A stretch of DNA of 64,000 nucleotides from Nitrosopumilus sp. (GTDB lineage Archaea > Thermoproteota > Nitrososphaeria > Nitrososphaerales > Nitrosopumilaceae). Positions 8,401-17,701 of this stretch are shown in pieces (the first letter of the stretch is position 1; every line of letters begins with the position of its first letter). Under the pieces are notes generated by a model, which was not told the DNA's origin, ran no database searches, and saw only the letters and a list, made by a program, of their open reading frames with translations. The stretch is from NCBI GenBank assembly GCA_965197525.1, contig OZ240211.1, positions 160,001 through 224,000 of the forward strand, written 5' to 3'. Position numbers and translations under genes: made by a program.

Positions 8401-11400
8401 GTAACCTTTAGCGAGGATGTAACCGGTGTAACCCAGTCCGACTTTGTTCTGTCTTCTGATAGCACGGGCGGTTCCGACCCAGGTACTGGTACCGGCCAGT
8501 TCACTCAGACCGAATCGCCATCAACTGCCATAACAGGTGATCAAGACGTTACTGATACTATAACAGTGTCTAGTCTTGGAAATGCTACATCAGTTTCAGT
8601 TAACCTAAACATTACTCATACATACATTGGTGATCTAAAGGTAGATTTGGTTGCCCCCGACGATACAGCCAAAACGTTACACAACTATTCAGGCAGTAGT
8701 TCAGACGATATAGTAGCTACATACACACCAAACTTTAACGGCGCCTCAATATCGGGAACATGGACGCTGAAGATCAACGACAACTTTCCGTCTGCAGATG
8801 ACGGCGTTCTGAACAGCTGGACACTCACAATTAATTATGGTGATACCCCCGATGTCCCCAATCCTGTAACCTCCATATCCGGTTCTGGCAGCCAGTACTT
8901 TGTAACGGTCTCTGCATCAAGTGACGGGACATACAACCTTGATCTTGTACAAAACCACGGCATTGAGGATTCGGCAGATAACCCTCTAACTGATACTGCC
9001 ACCACCGGAGTAGACCAGACATATACTGTCAACACGGTACCTGCTGATACCACTGCACCGACACTCACATCAATTAAGAGATACAATCCTGCTGTTGCAA
9101 CTACTGACACCCAGACACTAGTATACAAGGTAACCTTTAGCGAGGATGTAACCGGTGTGACACAGTCTGACTTTGTTCTGTCTTCTGATAGCACGGGTAC
9201 TGCTGCTAATGCTGTAACCTCCATATCCGGTTCCGGCAGCCAGTACTTTGTAACGGTCTCTGCATCAAGTGACGGGACATACAACCTTGATCTTGTACAA
9301 AACCACGGCATCGAGGATTCGGCAGATAACCCTCTAACTGATACTGCCACCACCGGAGTAGACCAGACATATACTGTCAACACGGTACCTGCTGATACCA
9401 CTGCACCGACACTCACATCAATTAAGAGATACAATCCTGCTGCCGCAACTACTGACACCCAGACGCTAATCTACGAGGTAACCTTTAGCGAGGATGTAAC
9501 CGGTGTGACACAGTCCGACTTTGTTCTGTCTTCTGATAGCACGGGTACTGCTGCTAATGCTGTAACCTCCATATCCGGTTCCGGCAGCCAGTACTTTGTA
9601 ACGGTCTCTGCATCAAGTGACGGGACATACAACCTTGATCTTGTACAAAACCACGGCATTGAGGATTCGGCAGATAACCCTCTAACTGATACTGCCACCA
9701 CCGGAGTAGACCAGACATATACTGTCAACACGGTACCTGCCGACAACATGGCACCGACACTCACGTCAATTGAGAGATACAATCCTGCTGCCGCAACTAC
9801 TGACACCCAGACACTAGTCTACGAGGTAACCTTTAGCGAGGATGTGACTGAGGTGGATGCAACTGACTTTGCCCTGTCTTCTGATAGCACGGGCGGAGTC
9901 AGTTCCAGTCAGTTCACGCAGACACGTTCTCCTGCCATTGCCATAACTGCAGCTAACACCATAACAGATACCATTACAGTCCCAGGCTCTGGTACTGTTA
10001 CGTCAGTCTCTGTCGCAATAGATGTATCCCACACATACAAAGGCGACCTCAAGATAGATCTCATCGCCCCAGACGGCACGACCAAGACCGTCCACAACCG
10101 CTCTGGAGGCAGCGCAGATGACATAGACCAGACATACACACCAGACTTTGCAGGCGTTCCAATTGCAGGTATCTGGACGCTACAGATAAACGACAACTAT
10201 GCCACCGCAGACGACGGTACCCTGAACAGCTGGACGCTTACGATCAATTCTGGTAGCAGTAGTAGTATTGATACGTCAAACCCTGTAACATCAGTCTCAG
10301 GTTCTGGCGACACGTACCAAGTGACGGTTTTGGCCACACAGGACGGCACATACAACCTTGATCTGATATCGTCAGGACACGACATCGAAGACGAATCAAA
10401 CAATCCACTAACAGACGTGACTCCAACTACAGGTACTGACGAGACGTATACCGTCAATACCGTACCTGATGACACCACTGCACCAACACTATCATCAATT
10501 GAGCGGTCCAGTCCCGTTACAGAAAACACCGACAGCCAGACGCTGACCTACAAGGTGACCTTTAGCGAGGACGTCACCGGAGTGGACACGACTGACTTTG
10601 CCCTGTCTTCTGATAGCACGGGCGGATCAAGCTCTGCCCAGTTCACACAGACACGTTCTCCTGCCATTGCCATAACTGCAGCTAACACCATAACAGATAC
10701 CATTACAGTCCCAGGCTCTGGTACTGTTACGTCAGTCTCTGTCGCAATAGATGTATCCCACACATACAAAGGCGACCTCAAGATAGATCTCATCGCCCCA
10801 GACGGCACGACCAAGACCGTCCACAACCGCTCTGGAGGCAGCGCAGATGACATAGACCAGACATACACACCAGACTTTGCAGGCGTTCCAATTGCAGGTA
10901 TCTGGACGCTACAGATAAACGACAACTATGCCACCGCAGACGACGGTACCCTGAACAGCTGGACGCTTACGATCAATTCTGGTAGCAGTAGTAGTATTGA
11001 TACGTCAAACCCTGTAACATCAGTCTCAGGTTCTGGCGACACGTACCAAGTGACGGTTTTGGCCACACAGGACGGCACATACAACCTTGATCTGATATCG
11101 TCAGGACACGACATCGAAGACGAATCAAACAATCCACTAACAGACGTGACTCCAACTACAGGTACTGACGAGACGTATACCGTCAATACCGTACCTGATG
11201 ACACCACTGCACCAACACTATCATCAATTGAGCGGTCCAGTCCCGTTACAGAAAACACCGACAGCCGGACGCTGACCTACAAGGTGACCTTTAGCGAGGA
11301 CGTCACCGGAGTGGACACGACTGACTTTGCCCTGTCTTCTGATAGCACGGGCGGATCAAGCTCTGCCCAGTTCACACAGACACGTTCTCCTGCCATTGCC

Positions 11401-14400
11401 ATAACTGCAGCTAACACCATAACAGATACCATTACAGTCCCAGGCTCTGGTACTGTTACGTCAGTCTCTGTCGCAATAGATGTATCCCACACATACAAAG
11501 GCGACCTCAAGATAGATCTCATCGCCCCAGACGGCACGACCAAGACCGTCCACAACCGCTCTGGAGGCAGCGCAGATGACATAGACCAGACATACACACC
11601 AGACTTTGCAGGCGTTCCAATTGCAGGTATCTGGACGCTACAGATAAACGACAACTATGCCACCGCAGACGACGGTACCCTGAACAGCTGGACGCTTACG
11701 ATCAATTCTGGTAGCAGTAGTAGTATTGATACGTCAAACCCTGTAACATCAGTCTCAGGTTCTGGCGACACGTACCAAGTGACGGTTTTGGCCACACAGG
11801 ACGGCACATACAACCTTGATCTGATATCGTCAGGACACGACATCGAAGACGAATCAAACAATCCACTAACAGACGTGACTCCAACTACAGGTACTGACGA
11901 GACGTATACCGTCAATACCGTACCTGATGACACCACTGCACCAACACTATCATCAATTGAGCGGTCCAGTCCCGTTACAGAAAACACCGACAGCCAGACG
12001 CTGACCTACAAGGTGACCTTTAGCGAGGACGTCACCGGAGTGGACACGACTGACTTTGCCCTGTCTTCTGATAGCACGGGCGGATCAAGCTCTGCCCAGT
12101 TCACACAGACACGTTCTCCTGCCATTGCCATAACTGCAGCTAACACCATAACAGATACCATTACAGTCCCAGGCTCTGGTACTGTTACGTCAGTCTCTGT
12201 CGCAATAGATGTATCCCACACATACAAAGGCGACCTCAAGATAGATCTCATCGCCCCAGACGGCACGACCAAGACCGTCCACAACCGCTCTGGAGGCAGC
12301 GCAGATGACATAGACCAGACATACACACCAGACTTTGCAGGCGTTCCAATTGCAGGTATCTGGACGCTACAGATAAACGACAACTATGCCACCGCAGACG
12401 ACGGTACCCTGAACAGCTGGACGCTTACGATCAATTCTGGTAGCAGTAGTAGTATTGATACGTCAAACCCTGTAACATCAGTCTCAGGTTCTGGCGACAC
12501 GTACCAAGTGACGGTTTTGGCCACACAGGACGGCACATACAACCTTGATCTGATATCGTCAGGACACGACATCGAAGACGAATCAAACAATCCACTAACA
12601 GACGTGACTCCAACTACAGGTACTGACGAGACGTATACCGTCAATACCGTACCTGATGACACCACTGCACCAACACTATCATCAATTGAGCGGTCCAGTC
12701 CCGTTACAGAAAACACCGACAGCCGGACGCTGACCTACAAGGTGACCTTTAGCGAGGACGTCACCGGAGTGGACACGACTGACTTTGCCCTGTCTTCTGA
12801 TAGCACGGGCGGATCAAGCTCTGCCCAGTTCACACAGACACGTTCTCCTGCCATTGCCATAACTGCAGCTAACACCATAACAGATACCATTACAGTCCCA
12901 GGCTCTGGTACTGTTACGTCAGTCTCTGTCGCAATAGATGTATCCCACACATACAAAGGCGACCTCAAGATAGATCTCATCGCCCCAGACGGCACGACCA
13001 AGACCGTCCACAACCGCTCTGGAGGCAGCGCAGATGACATAGACCAGACATACACACCAGACTTTGCAGGCGTTCCAATTGCAGGTATCTGGACGCTACA
13101 GATAAACGACAACTATGCCACCGCAGACGACGGTACCCTGAACAGCTGGACGCTTACGATCAATTCTGGTAGCAGTAGTAGTATTGATACGTCAAACCCT
13201 GTAACATCAGTCTCAGGTTCTGGCGACACGTACCAAGTGACGGTTTTGGCCACACAGGACGGCACATACAACCTTGATCTGATATCGTCAGGACACGACA
13301 TCGAAGACGAATCAAACAATCCACTAACAGACGTGACTCCAACTACAGGTACTGACGAGACGTATACCGTCAATACCGTACCTGATGACACCACTGCACC
13401 AACACTATCATCAATTGAGCGGTCCAGTCCCGTTACAGAAAACACCGACAGCCAGACGCTGACCTACAAGGTGACCTTTAGCGAGGACGTCACCGGAGTG
13501 GACACGACTGACTTTGCCCTGTCTTCTGATAGCACGGGCGGTTCTGACACAGGTACTGGTACTGGTACTGGCCAGTTCACTCAGACCAACTCACCATCAA
13601 CTGCCATAACAGGTGCTCAAGATGTTACTGATACTATAGCAGTGTCTAGTTCTGGAAATGTTGCATCAGTTTCAGTTGACCTAAACATTACTCATACATA
13701 CATTAGTGATCTAAAGGTAGATTTGGTTGCCCCTGACGGTACAACCCAAACGTTACACAATCGTTCAGGCGGTAGTTCAGACGACATAGTAGCTACATAC
13801 ACACCAAGCTTTAATGGCACCTCAATATCAGGAACATGGACGCTGAAGATCAACGACGACTATCCGTCTGCTGATGACGGCATTCTGAACAGCTGGACAC
13901 TCACAATTAATTATGGCGATACTGCCGATGTCCCCAATCCTATAACCTCCATATCCGGTTCTGGCAGCCAGTACTTTGTGACAGTCTCTGCATCAAGTGA
14001 TGGGACATACAACCTTGATCTTGTACAAAACCACGGCATCGAGGATTCGGCAGATAATCCTCTAACTGATACTGCCACCACCGGAGTAGACCACACCTAC
14101 ACGGTCAACACAGTACCTGCTGATACCACAGCACCAACACTCACATCAATTGAGAGATACAATCCTGTTGCTGCAACTACTGACAGCCAGATACTAGTCT
14201 ACGAGGTAACCTTTAGCGAAGATATAACCGGTGTGACACAGTCTGACTTTACCCTGTCTTCTGATAGTACGGGCGGTCCTGACCCAGGTACTGGTACTGG
14301 TACTGGCCAGTTCACTCAGACCAACTCACCATCGACTGCCATAACAGGTGCTCAAGATGTTACTGATACTATAGCAGTGTCTAGTTCTGGAAATGTTGCA

Positions 14401-17313
14401 TCAGTTTCAGTTGACCTAAACATTACTCATACATACATTAGTGATCTAAAGGTAGATTTGGTTGCCCCCGACGGTACAACCCAAACGTTACACAATCGTT
14501 CAGGCGGTAGTTCAGACGACATAGTAGATACATACACACCGAACTTTAACGGCACCTCAATATCAGGAACATGGACGCTGAAGATCAACGACGACTATCC
14601 GTCTGCTGATGACGGCATTCTGAACAGCTGGACACTCACAATTAATCATGGTGATCCCACTGACATCCACAATCCTATAACCTCCATATCCGGTTCTGGC
14701 AGCCAGTACTTTGTGACAGTCTCTGCATCAAGTGATGGGACATACAACCTTGATCTTGTACAAAACCACGGCATCGAGGATTCGGCAGATAATCCTCTAA
14801 CTGATACTGCCACCACCGGAGTAGACCACACCTACACGGTCAGCACCACACCAGCAGACACGACATCCCCGACAGTCTCGTCAATCGAGCGGCACGATCC
14901 GACATCAGAAAACACGGACAGCCAGACGCTGGTGTACCGGGTGACGTTCAGCGAGAACGTGACCGGCGTGGATGTATCCGACTTTGCGCTCTCCACTGGC
15001 AGTACCGGGATCGGCAATGTGACAGGCCTGGCAGGCTCCGGTAGCGCATACAACGTCACCGTCGCAGTTACCACCGACGGGACGTTCAACCTAGACATTG
15101 CAGCCGGCCACGGCATCATAGACTCGTCCGGCACGGGACTTGTCGATACGGCACCCTTGACTGACCACACCTACACAGTGAACCGCACCGCCTCAACATT
15201 CACGCCGATCGAGATGATCTACCAGGCAAACGAGATCAACTACAGCAATGACTGTAGCACTGGGCTTAACGGTACACATACCATCACCCTCTCCGAATCA
15301 GATGACACTATCAACTCGACAGTAGCCGTGTATCCACGGACAGTGATCCGTATAGATGACAGCACCGTCAATGGGCCCTCGCTGTCAAACGGTGACGGTT
15401 TCGGCTCATCTGTTGCAAACATCGGAGACCTGGACGGCGACGGCACCGTCGACATCGCAGTCGGCGCTTGGACGAGTAATGGTCCAGAAGTCCAGAGCGG
15501 CGCCTTGCATGTCATATTCATGAACGCCGACGGCACCCTCAAGGGCACGGCTGAGATAAACAGCACTGCTACCTACGCGCCCTACCTGTCAAACGGTGAC
15601 ACTTTCGGAACCTCCGTAGCGGGCATCGGAGACTTGGACGGCGACGGCACCGTCGACATCGTAGTCGGAGCCCATAATGACGACACAAGCGGCACCGACA
15701 ACGGCACCGTTTACGTCATCTTTTTGAACGCCGACGGCATCCCCAAGAGCGGGACTACTGCGATAGACGGCGATACTGCCAACGGGCCCGATCTGTCAAG
15801 GGGTGACAATTTCGGACGTTCTGTCGCAAACATCGGAGACCTGGACGGCGACGGCACCGTAGACATCGCAGTAGGCGCCCATCATGTTGACGATCCAAGT
15901 GGCACTGGCAGCGGCGCCTTGCATGTCATATTCATGAATGCCGACGGTACCCCCAAGGGCACGATCGAGATAAACGGCGATACAGCCAACGGGCCCTCGC
16001 TATCAGCCGGCGACCGTTTCGGAGCCTCTGTCGCAAACATCGGAGACCTGGACGGCGACGGCACCGTCGACATCGCAGTCGGTGCTACTCGTGATGACGC
16101 AGACAACGACGTTGACAGCGGCGCCTTGCATGTCATATTCATGAATGCCGACGGCACCCCAAAGGGCACGATCGAGATAGACGGCGATACTGCCAACGGG
16201 CCCTCGCTATCAGGTGGTGACCATTTCGGGCGTTCCGTCGCAAACATCGGAGACCTGGACGGCGACGGCACCGTCGACATCGCAGTCGGCGCTTATCGTG
16301 ACGACGAAAACGGTACTGACAGCGGCGCCTTGCATGTCATATTCATGAATGCCGACGGCACCCCAAAGGGCACGATCGAGATAAACGGCAATACTGCCAA
16401 CGGGCCCTCACTGTCAGCCGGCGACTTGTTCGGATCCTCAATTGCAAACATCGGAGACCTGGACGGCGACGGCACCGTCGACATCGCAGTCGGTGCCCAT
16501 AGAGACGACACAGACGATAGCACCGACAGCGGCGCCTTGCATGTGATATTCCTTGATGCGATCGCTACAAACGGTAACTGTTTCATGGGCCCCCTCGACC
16601 AGGACATCGCTGCCCCGACAGTCATGTCGATTACGAGAAGCGACCCTGCAGTCGAGGTTACTAACAGCACATCTCTGATCTTCCAAGTCATATTCAGCGA
16701 GGACGTGACCGGTGTGGACGCCGGCGACTTTGTGCTCTCTCCTGACAGCGCCGGGGCAGACGACGCCGCCGGACAGTTCGCGCATACCAGCGAGCCTTCA
16801 ATCCCCATAACCGACAGCAATACCATACAGGATACCATCGCAGTCGACCAGTCCGGGACGGCCACGTCAGTCTCAGTCACCGTGGACATCACCCATTCCT
16901 ACATAGGTGATCTTAAGATCGATCTCATCGCCCCCGACGGCACAACCAAGACACTGCACGACCGCACAGGTTATGATACAGACGACATCGACAAGACGTA
17001 CGCGCCTGACTTTGGTGGCGTTGGGATCGCAGAAGACTGGACGCTGCGCGTACGCGACGGTGCGGGGGGAGACACCGGCACCCTGAACGGCTGGATGCTT
17101 ACGATCAACCACGACAGTGCCACCAGTCCCGTCACGTCAGTCTCAGGCTCCGGCTCCACGTACTACACGACAGTCTCTGCAACTCAGGACGGCACGTACA
17201 ACCTTGATCTAGTGTCATCAGGGCACGATATCGCAGATGAATCAGGCAACCCCTTGACCTATGCTGTCTCCACCGGAGCAGACGAGACTTACACCGTCAG
17301 CACCAACGACTGA
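5416..17313 (+). CDS. Giant (3965 aa) secreted/surface protein: signal peptide, PKD-like, BspA/DUF285 repeats, cadherin-like, many Ig-like modules, nine proprotein-convertase P-domains, six FG-GAP repeats
   Basis: N-terminal hydrophobic helix ending AYGQ; WDVSNVTDMSYMF repeats; DTTAPT..TF(S)EDVTGV Ig modules; DITHTYIGDLKVDLVAPDG P-domain motifs; FG..VANIGDLDGDGTVDIAVGA repeats. Confidence 0.93.
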   Translation: MTIPAKNTLFISALVIALPILIVACTAPHAYGQADERPFVMTWAVRQGGLVTIPVDDENGTYGATGEYTVDWGDGTVETISGTAEHRYAHAGNYAISITGNYAKIYLYGSIPNGSMSVEEYMGSTSTAIARVGSSPNGLLSIDQWGDVKWTSMAYAFSGARNLVYNATDVPDLSLVTDMNHMFYFAKKFNGNLSAWDVSGVTDMSYMFYEATAFNGDVSEWDVSGVTDMSRMFYESDTFNQDVSEWDVSGVTDISWMFSRAFNFNQDISSWNVSGVTDMRRMFANAISFNQDISSWDVSNVTDMSYMFYGSYSFNHDISSWDVSNVTDMSHMFQFAYKFNRDIHEWNVSNVTDMNHMFKYAETFNGNISSWNVSNVTDMNHMFEFAYEFNGNISGWDVSGVADMRDMFDSATSFNQNLGRWYVVPEDTSIVDGDSSLVVTTISAQNAHLDKQNPTYAIIVGHDSSAFEMDHNVLKLKATPVQSVKSTYMVGVTATGTFGSNNQRLVNITVVEYVPDTTPPSVSTIWRDSPSNAITHDTTLQFGIMFSEDVQNVNATDFVLTGTGNASVTHVSGSSDEYGVTVSVTADGTVTLGLAADNDIKDVSDNELTDTVLTAGTDRTYTVDTTAPTVTSIERYSPTDQNTDNQTLVYQVTFSENVTGVDTGDFALSQDSTGAGSITGLTGSGYIYNMTVSAVQDGTYNLDLASSGHGITDEASNPLTNIAPTGVDHTYTVSTVPADTTAPTLSSIERYSPVTESTDSQTLIYEVTFSEDVTGVDAADFVISQDSTGTGSTTLTGSDSVYYVTVSATQDGTYNLDLVQNHGIEDSADNPLTDTATTGVDQTYTVNTVPADTTAPTLTSIERYNPAAATTDTQTLIYEVTFSEDVTGVTQSDFVLSSDSTGTAANAVTSISGSGSQYFVTVSASSDGTYNLDLVQNHGIEDSADNPLTDTVTTGVDQTYTVNTVPADTTAPTLTSIKRYNPAAATTDTQTLVYEVTFSEDVTGVTQSDFVLSSDSTGGSDPGTGTGQFTQTESPSTAITGDQDVTDTITVSSLGNATSVSVNLNITHTYIGDLKVDLVAPDDTAKTLHNYSGSSSDDIVATYTPNFNGASISGTWTLKINDNFPSADDGVLNSWTLTINYGDTPDVPNPVTSISGSGSQYFVTVSASSDGTYNLDLVQNHGIEDSADNPLTDTATTGVDQTYTVNTVPADTTAPTLTSIKRYNPAVATTDTQTLVYKVTFSEDVTGVTQSDFVLSSDSTGTAANAVTSISGSGSQYFVTVSASSDGTYNLDLVQNHGIEDSADNPLTDTATTGVDQTYTVNTVPADTTAPTLTSIKRYNPAAATTDTQTLIYEVTFSEDVTGVTQSDFVLSSDSTGTAANAVTSISGSGSQYFVTVSASSDGTYNLDLVQNHGIEDSADNPLTDTATTGVDQTYTVNTVPADNMAPTLTSIERYNPAAATTDTQTLVYEVTFSEDVTEVDATDFALSSDSTGGVSSSQFTQTRSPAIAITAANTITDTITVPGSGTVTSVSVAIDVSHTYKGDLKIDLIAPDGTTKTVHNRSGGSADDIDQTYTPDFAGVPIAGIWTLQINDNYATADDGTLNSWTLTINSGSSSSIDTSNPVTSVSGSGDTYQVTVLATQDGTYNLDLISSGHDIEDESNNPLTDVTPTTGTDETYTVNTVPDDTTAPTLSSIERSSPVTENTDSQTLTYKVTFSEDVTGVDTTDFALSSDSTGGSSSAQFTQTRSPAIAITAANTITDTITVPGSGTVTSVSVAIDVSHTYKGDLKIDLIAPDGTTKTVHNRSGGSADDIDQTYTPDFAGVPIAGIWTLQINDNYATADDGTLNSWTLTINSGSSSSIDTSNPVTSVSGSGDTYQVTVLATQDGTYNLDLISSGHDIEDESNNPLTDVTPTTGTDETYTVNTVPDDTTAPTLSSIERSSPVTENTDSRTLTYKVTFSEDVTGVDTTDFALSSDSTGGSSSAQFTQTRSPAIAITAANTITDTITVPGSGTVTSVSVAIDVSHTYKGDLKIDLIAPDGTTKTVHNRSGGSADDIDQTYTPDFAGVPIAGIWTLQINDNYATADDGTLNSWTLTINSGSSSSIDTSNPVTSVSGSGDTYQVTVLATQDGTYNLDLISSGHDIEDESNNPLTDVTPTTGTDETYTVNTVPDDTTAPTLSSIERSSPVTENTDSQTLTYKVTFSEDVTGVDTTDFALSSDSTGGSSSAQFTQTRSPAIAITAANTITDTITVPGSGTVTSVSVAIDVSHTYKGDLKIDLIAPDGTTKTVHNRSGGSADDIDQTYTPDFAGVPIAGIWTLQINDNYATADDGTLNSWTLTINSGSSSSIDTSNPVTSVSGSGDTYQVTVLATQDGTYNLDLISSGHDIEDESNNPLTDVTPTTGTDETYTVNTVPDDTTAPTLSSIERSSPVTENTDSRTLTYKVTFSEDVTGVDTTDFALSSDSTGGSSSAQFTQTRSPAIAITAANTITDTITVPGSGTVTSVSVAIDVSHTYKGDLKIDLIAPDGTTKTVHNRSGGSADDIDQTYTPDFAGVPIAGIWTLQINDNYATADDGTLNSWTLTINSGSSSSIDTSNPVTSVSGSGDTYQVTVLATQDGTYNLDLISSGHDIEDESNNPLTDVTPTTGTDETYTVNTVPDDTTAPTLSSIERSSPVTENTDSQTLTYKVTFSEDVTGVDTTDFALSSDSTGGSDTGTGTGTGQFTQTNSPSTAITGAQDVTDTIAVSSSGNVASVSVDLNITHTYISDLKVDLVAPDGTTQTLHNRSGGSSDDIVATYTPSFNGTSISGTWTLKINDDYPSADDGILNSWTLTINYGDTADVPNPITSISGSGSQYFVTVSASSDGTYNLDLVQNHGIEDSADNPLTDTATTGVDHTYTVNTVPADTTAPTLTSIERYNPVAATTDSQILVYEVTFSEDITGVTQSDFTLSSDSTGGPDPGTGTGTGQFTQTNSPSTAITGAQDVTDTIAVSSSGNVASVSVDLNITHTYISDLKVDLVAPDGTTQTLHNRSGGSSDDIVDTYTPNFNGTSISGTWTLKINDDYPSADDGILNSWTLTINHGDPTDIHNPITSISGSGSQYFVTVSASSDGTYNLDLVQNHGIEDSADNPLTDTATTGVDHTYTVSTTPADTTSPTVSSIERHDPTSENTDSQTLVYRVTFSENVTGVDVSDFALSTGSTGIGNVTGLAGSGSAYNVTVAVTTDGTFNLDIAAGHGIIDSSGTGLVDTAPLTDHTYTVNRTASTFTPIEMIYQANEINYSNDCSTGLNGTHTITLSESDDTINSTVAVYPRTVIRIDDSTVNGPSLSNGDGFGSSVANIGDLDGDGTVDIAVGAWTSNGPEVQSGALHVIFMNADGTLKGTAEINSTATYAPYLSNGDTFGTSVAGIGDLDGDGTVDIVVGAHNDDTSGTDNGTVYVIFLNADGIPKSGTTAIDGDTANGPDLSRGDNFGRSVANIGDLDGDGTVDIAVGAHHVDDPSGTGSGALHVIFMNADGTPKGTIEINGDTANGPSLSAGDRFGASVANIGDLDGDGTVDIAVGATRDDADNDVDSGALHVIFMNADGTPKGTIEIDGDTANGPSLSGGDHFGRSVANIGDLDGDGTVDIAVGAYRDDENGTDSGALHVIFMNADGTPKGTIEINGNTANGPSLSAGDLFGSSIANIGDLDGDGTVDIAVGAHRDDTDDSTDSGALHVIFLDAIATNGNCFMGPLDQDIAAPTVMSITRSDPAVEVTNSTSLIFQVIFSEDVTGVDAGDFVLSPDSAGADDAAGQFAHTSEPSIPITDSNTIQDTIAVDQSGTATSVSVTVDITHSYIGDLKIDLIAPDGTTKTLHDRTGYDTDDIDKTYAPDFGGVGIAEDWTLRVRDGAGGDTGTLNGWMLTINHDSATSPVTSVSGSGSTYYTTVSATQDGTYNLDLVSSGHDIADESGNPLTYAVSTGADETYTVSTND
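5950..6660 (+). repeat. BspA/DUF285 25-aa (75-bp) coding repeats
   Basis: About ten F-N-x-D-(I/V)-S-x-W-(D/N)-V-S-x-V-T-D-M units. Confidence 0.85.
7969..9741 (+). repeat. 348-bp Ig-module repeats (7969, 9046, 9394) with one 729-bp P-domain-containing unit (8317-9045)
   Basis: Near-identical units each beginning GATACCAC(G/T)GCACCGACACTCAC. Confidence 0.85.
9862..13506 (+). repeat. Five near-identical 729-bp tandem repeats (Ig module plus P-domain, 243 aa)
   Basis: ACTGACTTTGCCCTG recurs at 9862, 10591, 11320, 12049, 12778 and 13507. Confidence 0.95.
13387..14856 (+). repeat. Two similar 735-bp Ig plus P-domain units
   Basis: Module starts at 13387, 14122 and 14857; shared GTGTGTGQFTQTNSPS P-domain variant. 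Confidence 0.8.
15400..16560 (+). repeat. Six FG-GAP (integrin-alpha-like beta-propeller) repeats
   Basis: ATCGGAGAC(C/T)TGGACGGCGACGGCACCGT recurs six times at ~200-bp spacing. Confidence 0.88.
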
Positions 17314-17383
17314 AACTAGGCGCGCCGGTCCGGATTCTTTTTCAAATTCGAGACAACCGGTATTGCCACACTTTATCTTGATA

Positions 17384-17620
17384 TTATATGTCGAATCTAT
17401 CTTGTATGGGTGGTTCATTTCTGTTAAACAAATACAGCATAATTCCTGCTAGTGTGACTCCTATTCCCACAAGACCAATAAATGTACCACTATTTTTAAC
17501 AGAACGTAATAATGAATCCGTCTCGCCTAATTCTATGGAATAGTACATGACTAGTCCTGTTACAAACATGACTATTCCAACAATTATTATGGCTACTCCC
17601 ATTCTCATACATAAAATCAT
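17384..17620 (-). CDS. Small two-TM membrane protein
   Basis: Two hydrophobic helices; likely start at MRMGV. Confidence 0.7.
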   Translation of the reverse strand: MILCMRMGVAIIIVGIVMFVTGLVMYYSIELGETDSLLRSVKNSGTFIGLVGIGVTLAGIMLYLFNRNEPPIQDRFDI

Positions 17621-17701
17621 TCTTTATGGTTAATAAATAACCGTCATTTATCAGTTGACTATGTTAGGTAGACTCATTAGCCGTATTGTCTTGGAATTGG
17701 C

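Noticed and set aside
9862-13506. Long regular repeats as a possible CRISPR array or DGR template/variable pair
   Set aside because: Units are 729 bp, in frame and have no unique spacers. There are no cas genes, no reverse transcriptase and no adenine-specific divergence.
6535-17452. Many minus-strand and alternate-frame ORFs inside the giant gene, recurring with 348/729-bp periodicity
   Set aside because: Shadows of the repetitive Thr/Ser/Asp/Val-rich sense frame; they have no independent motifs.
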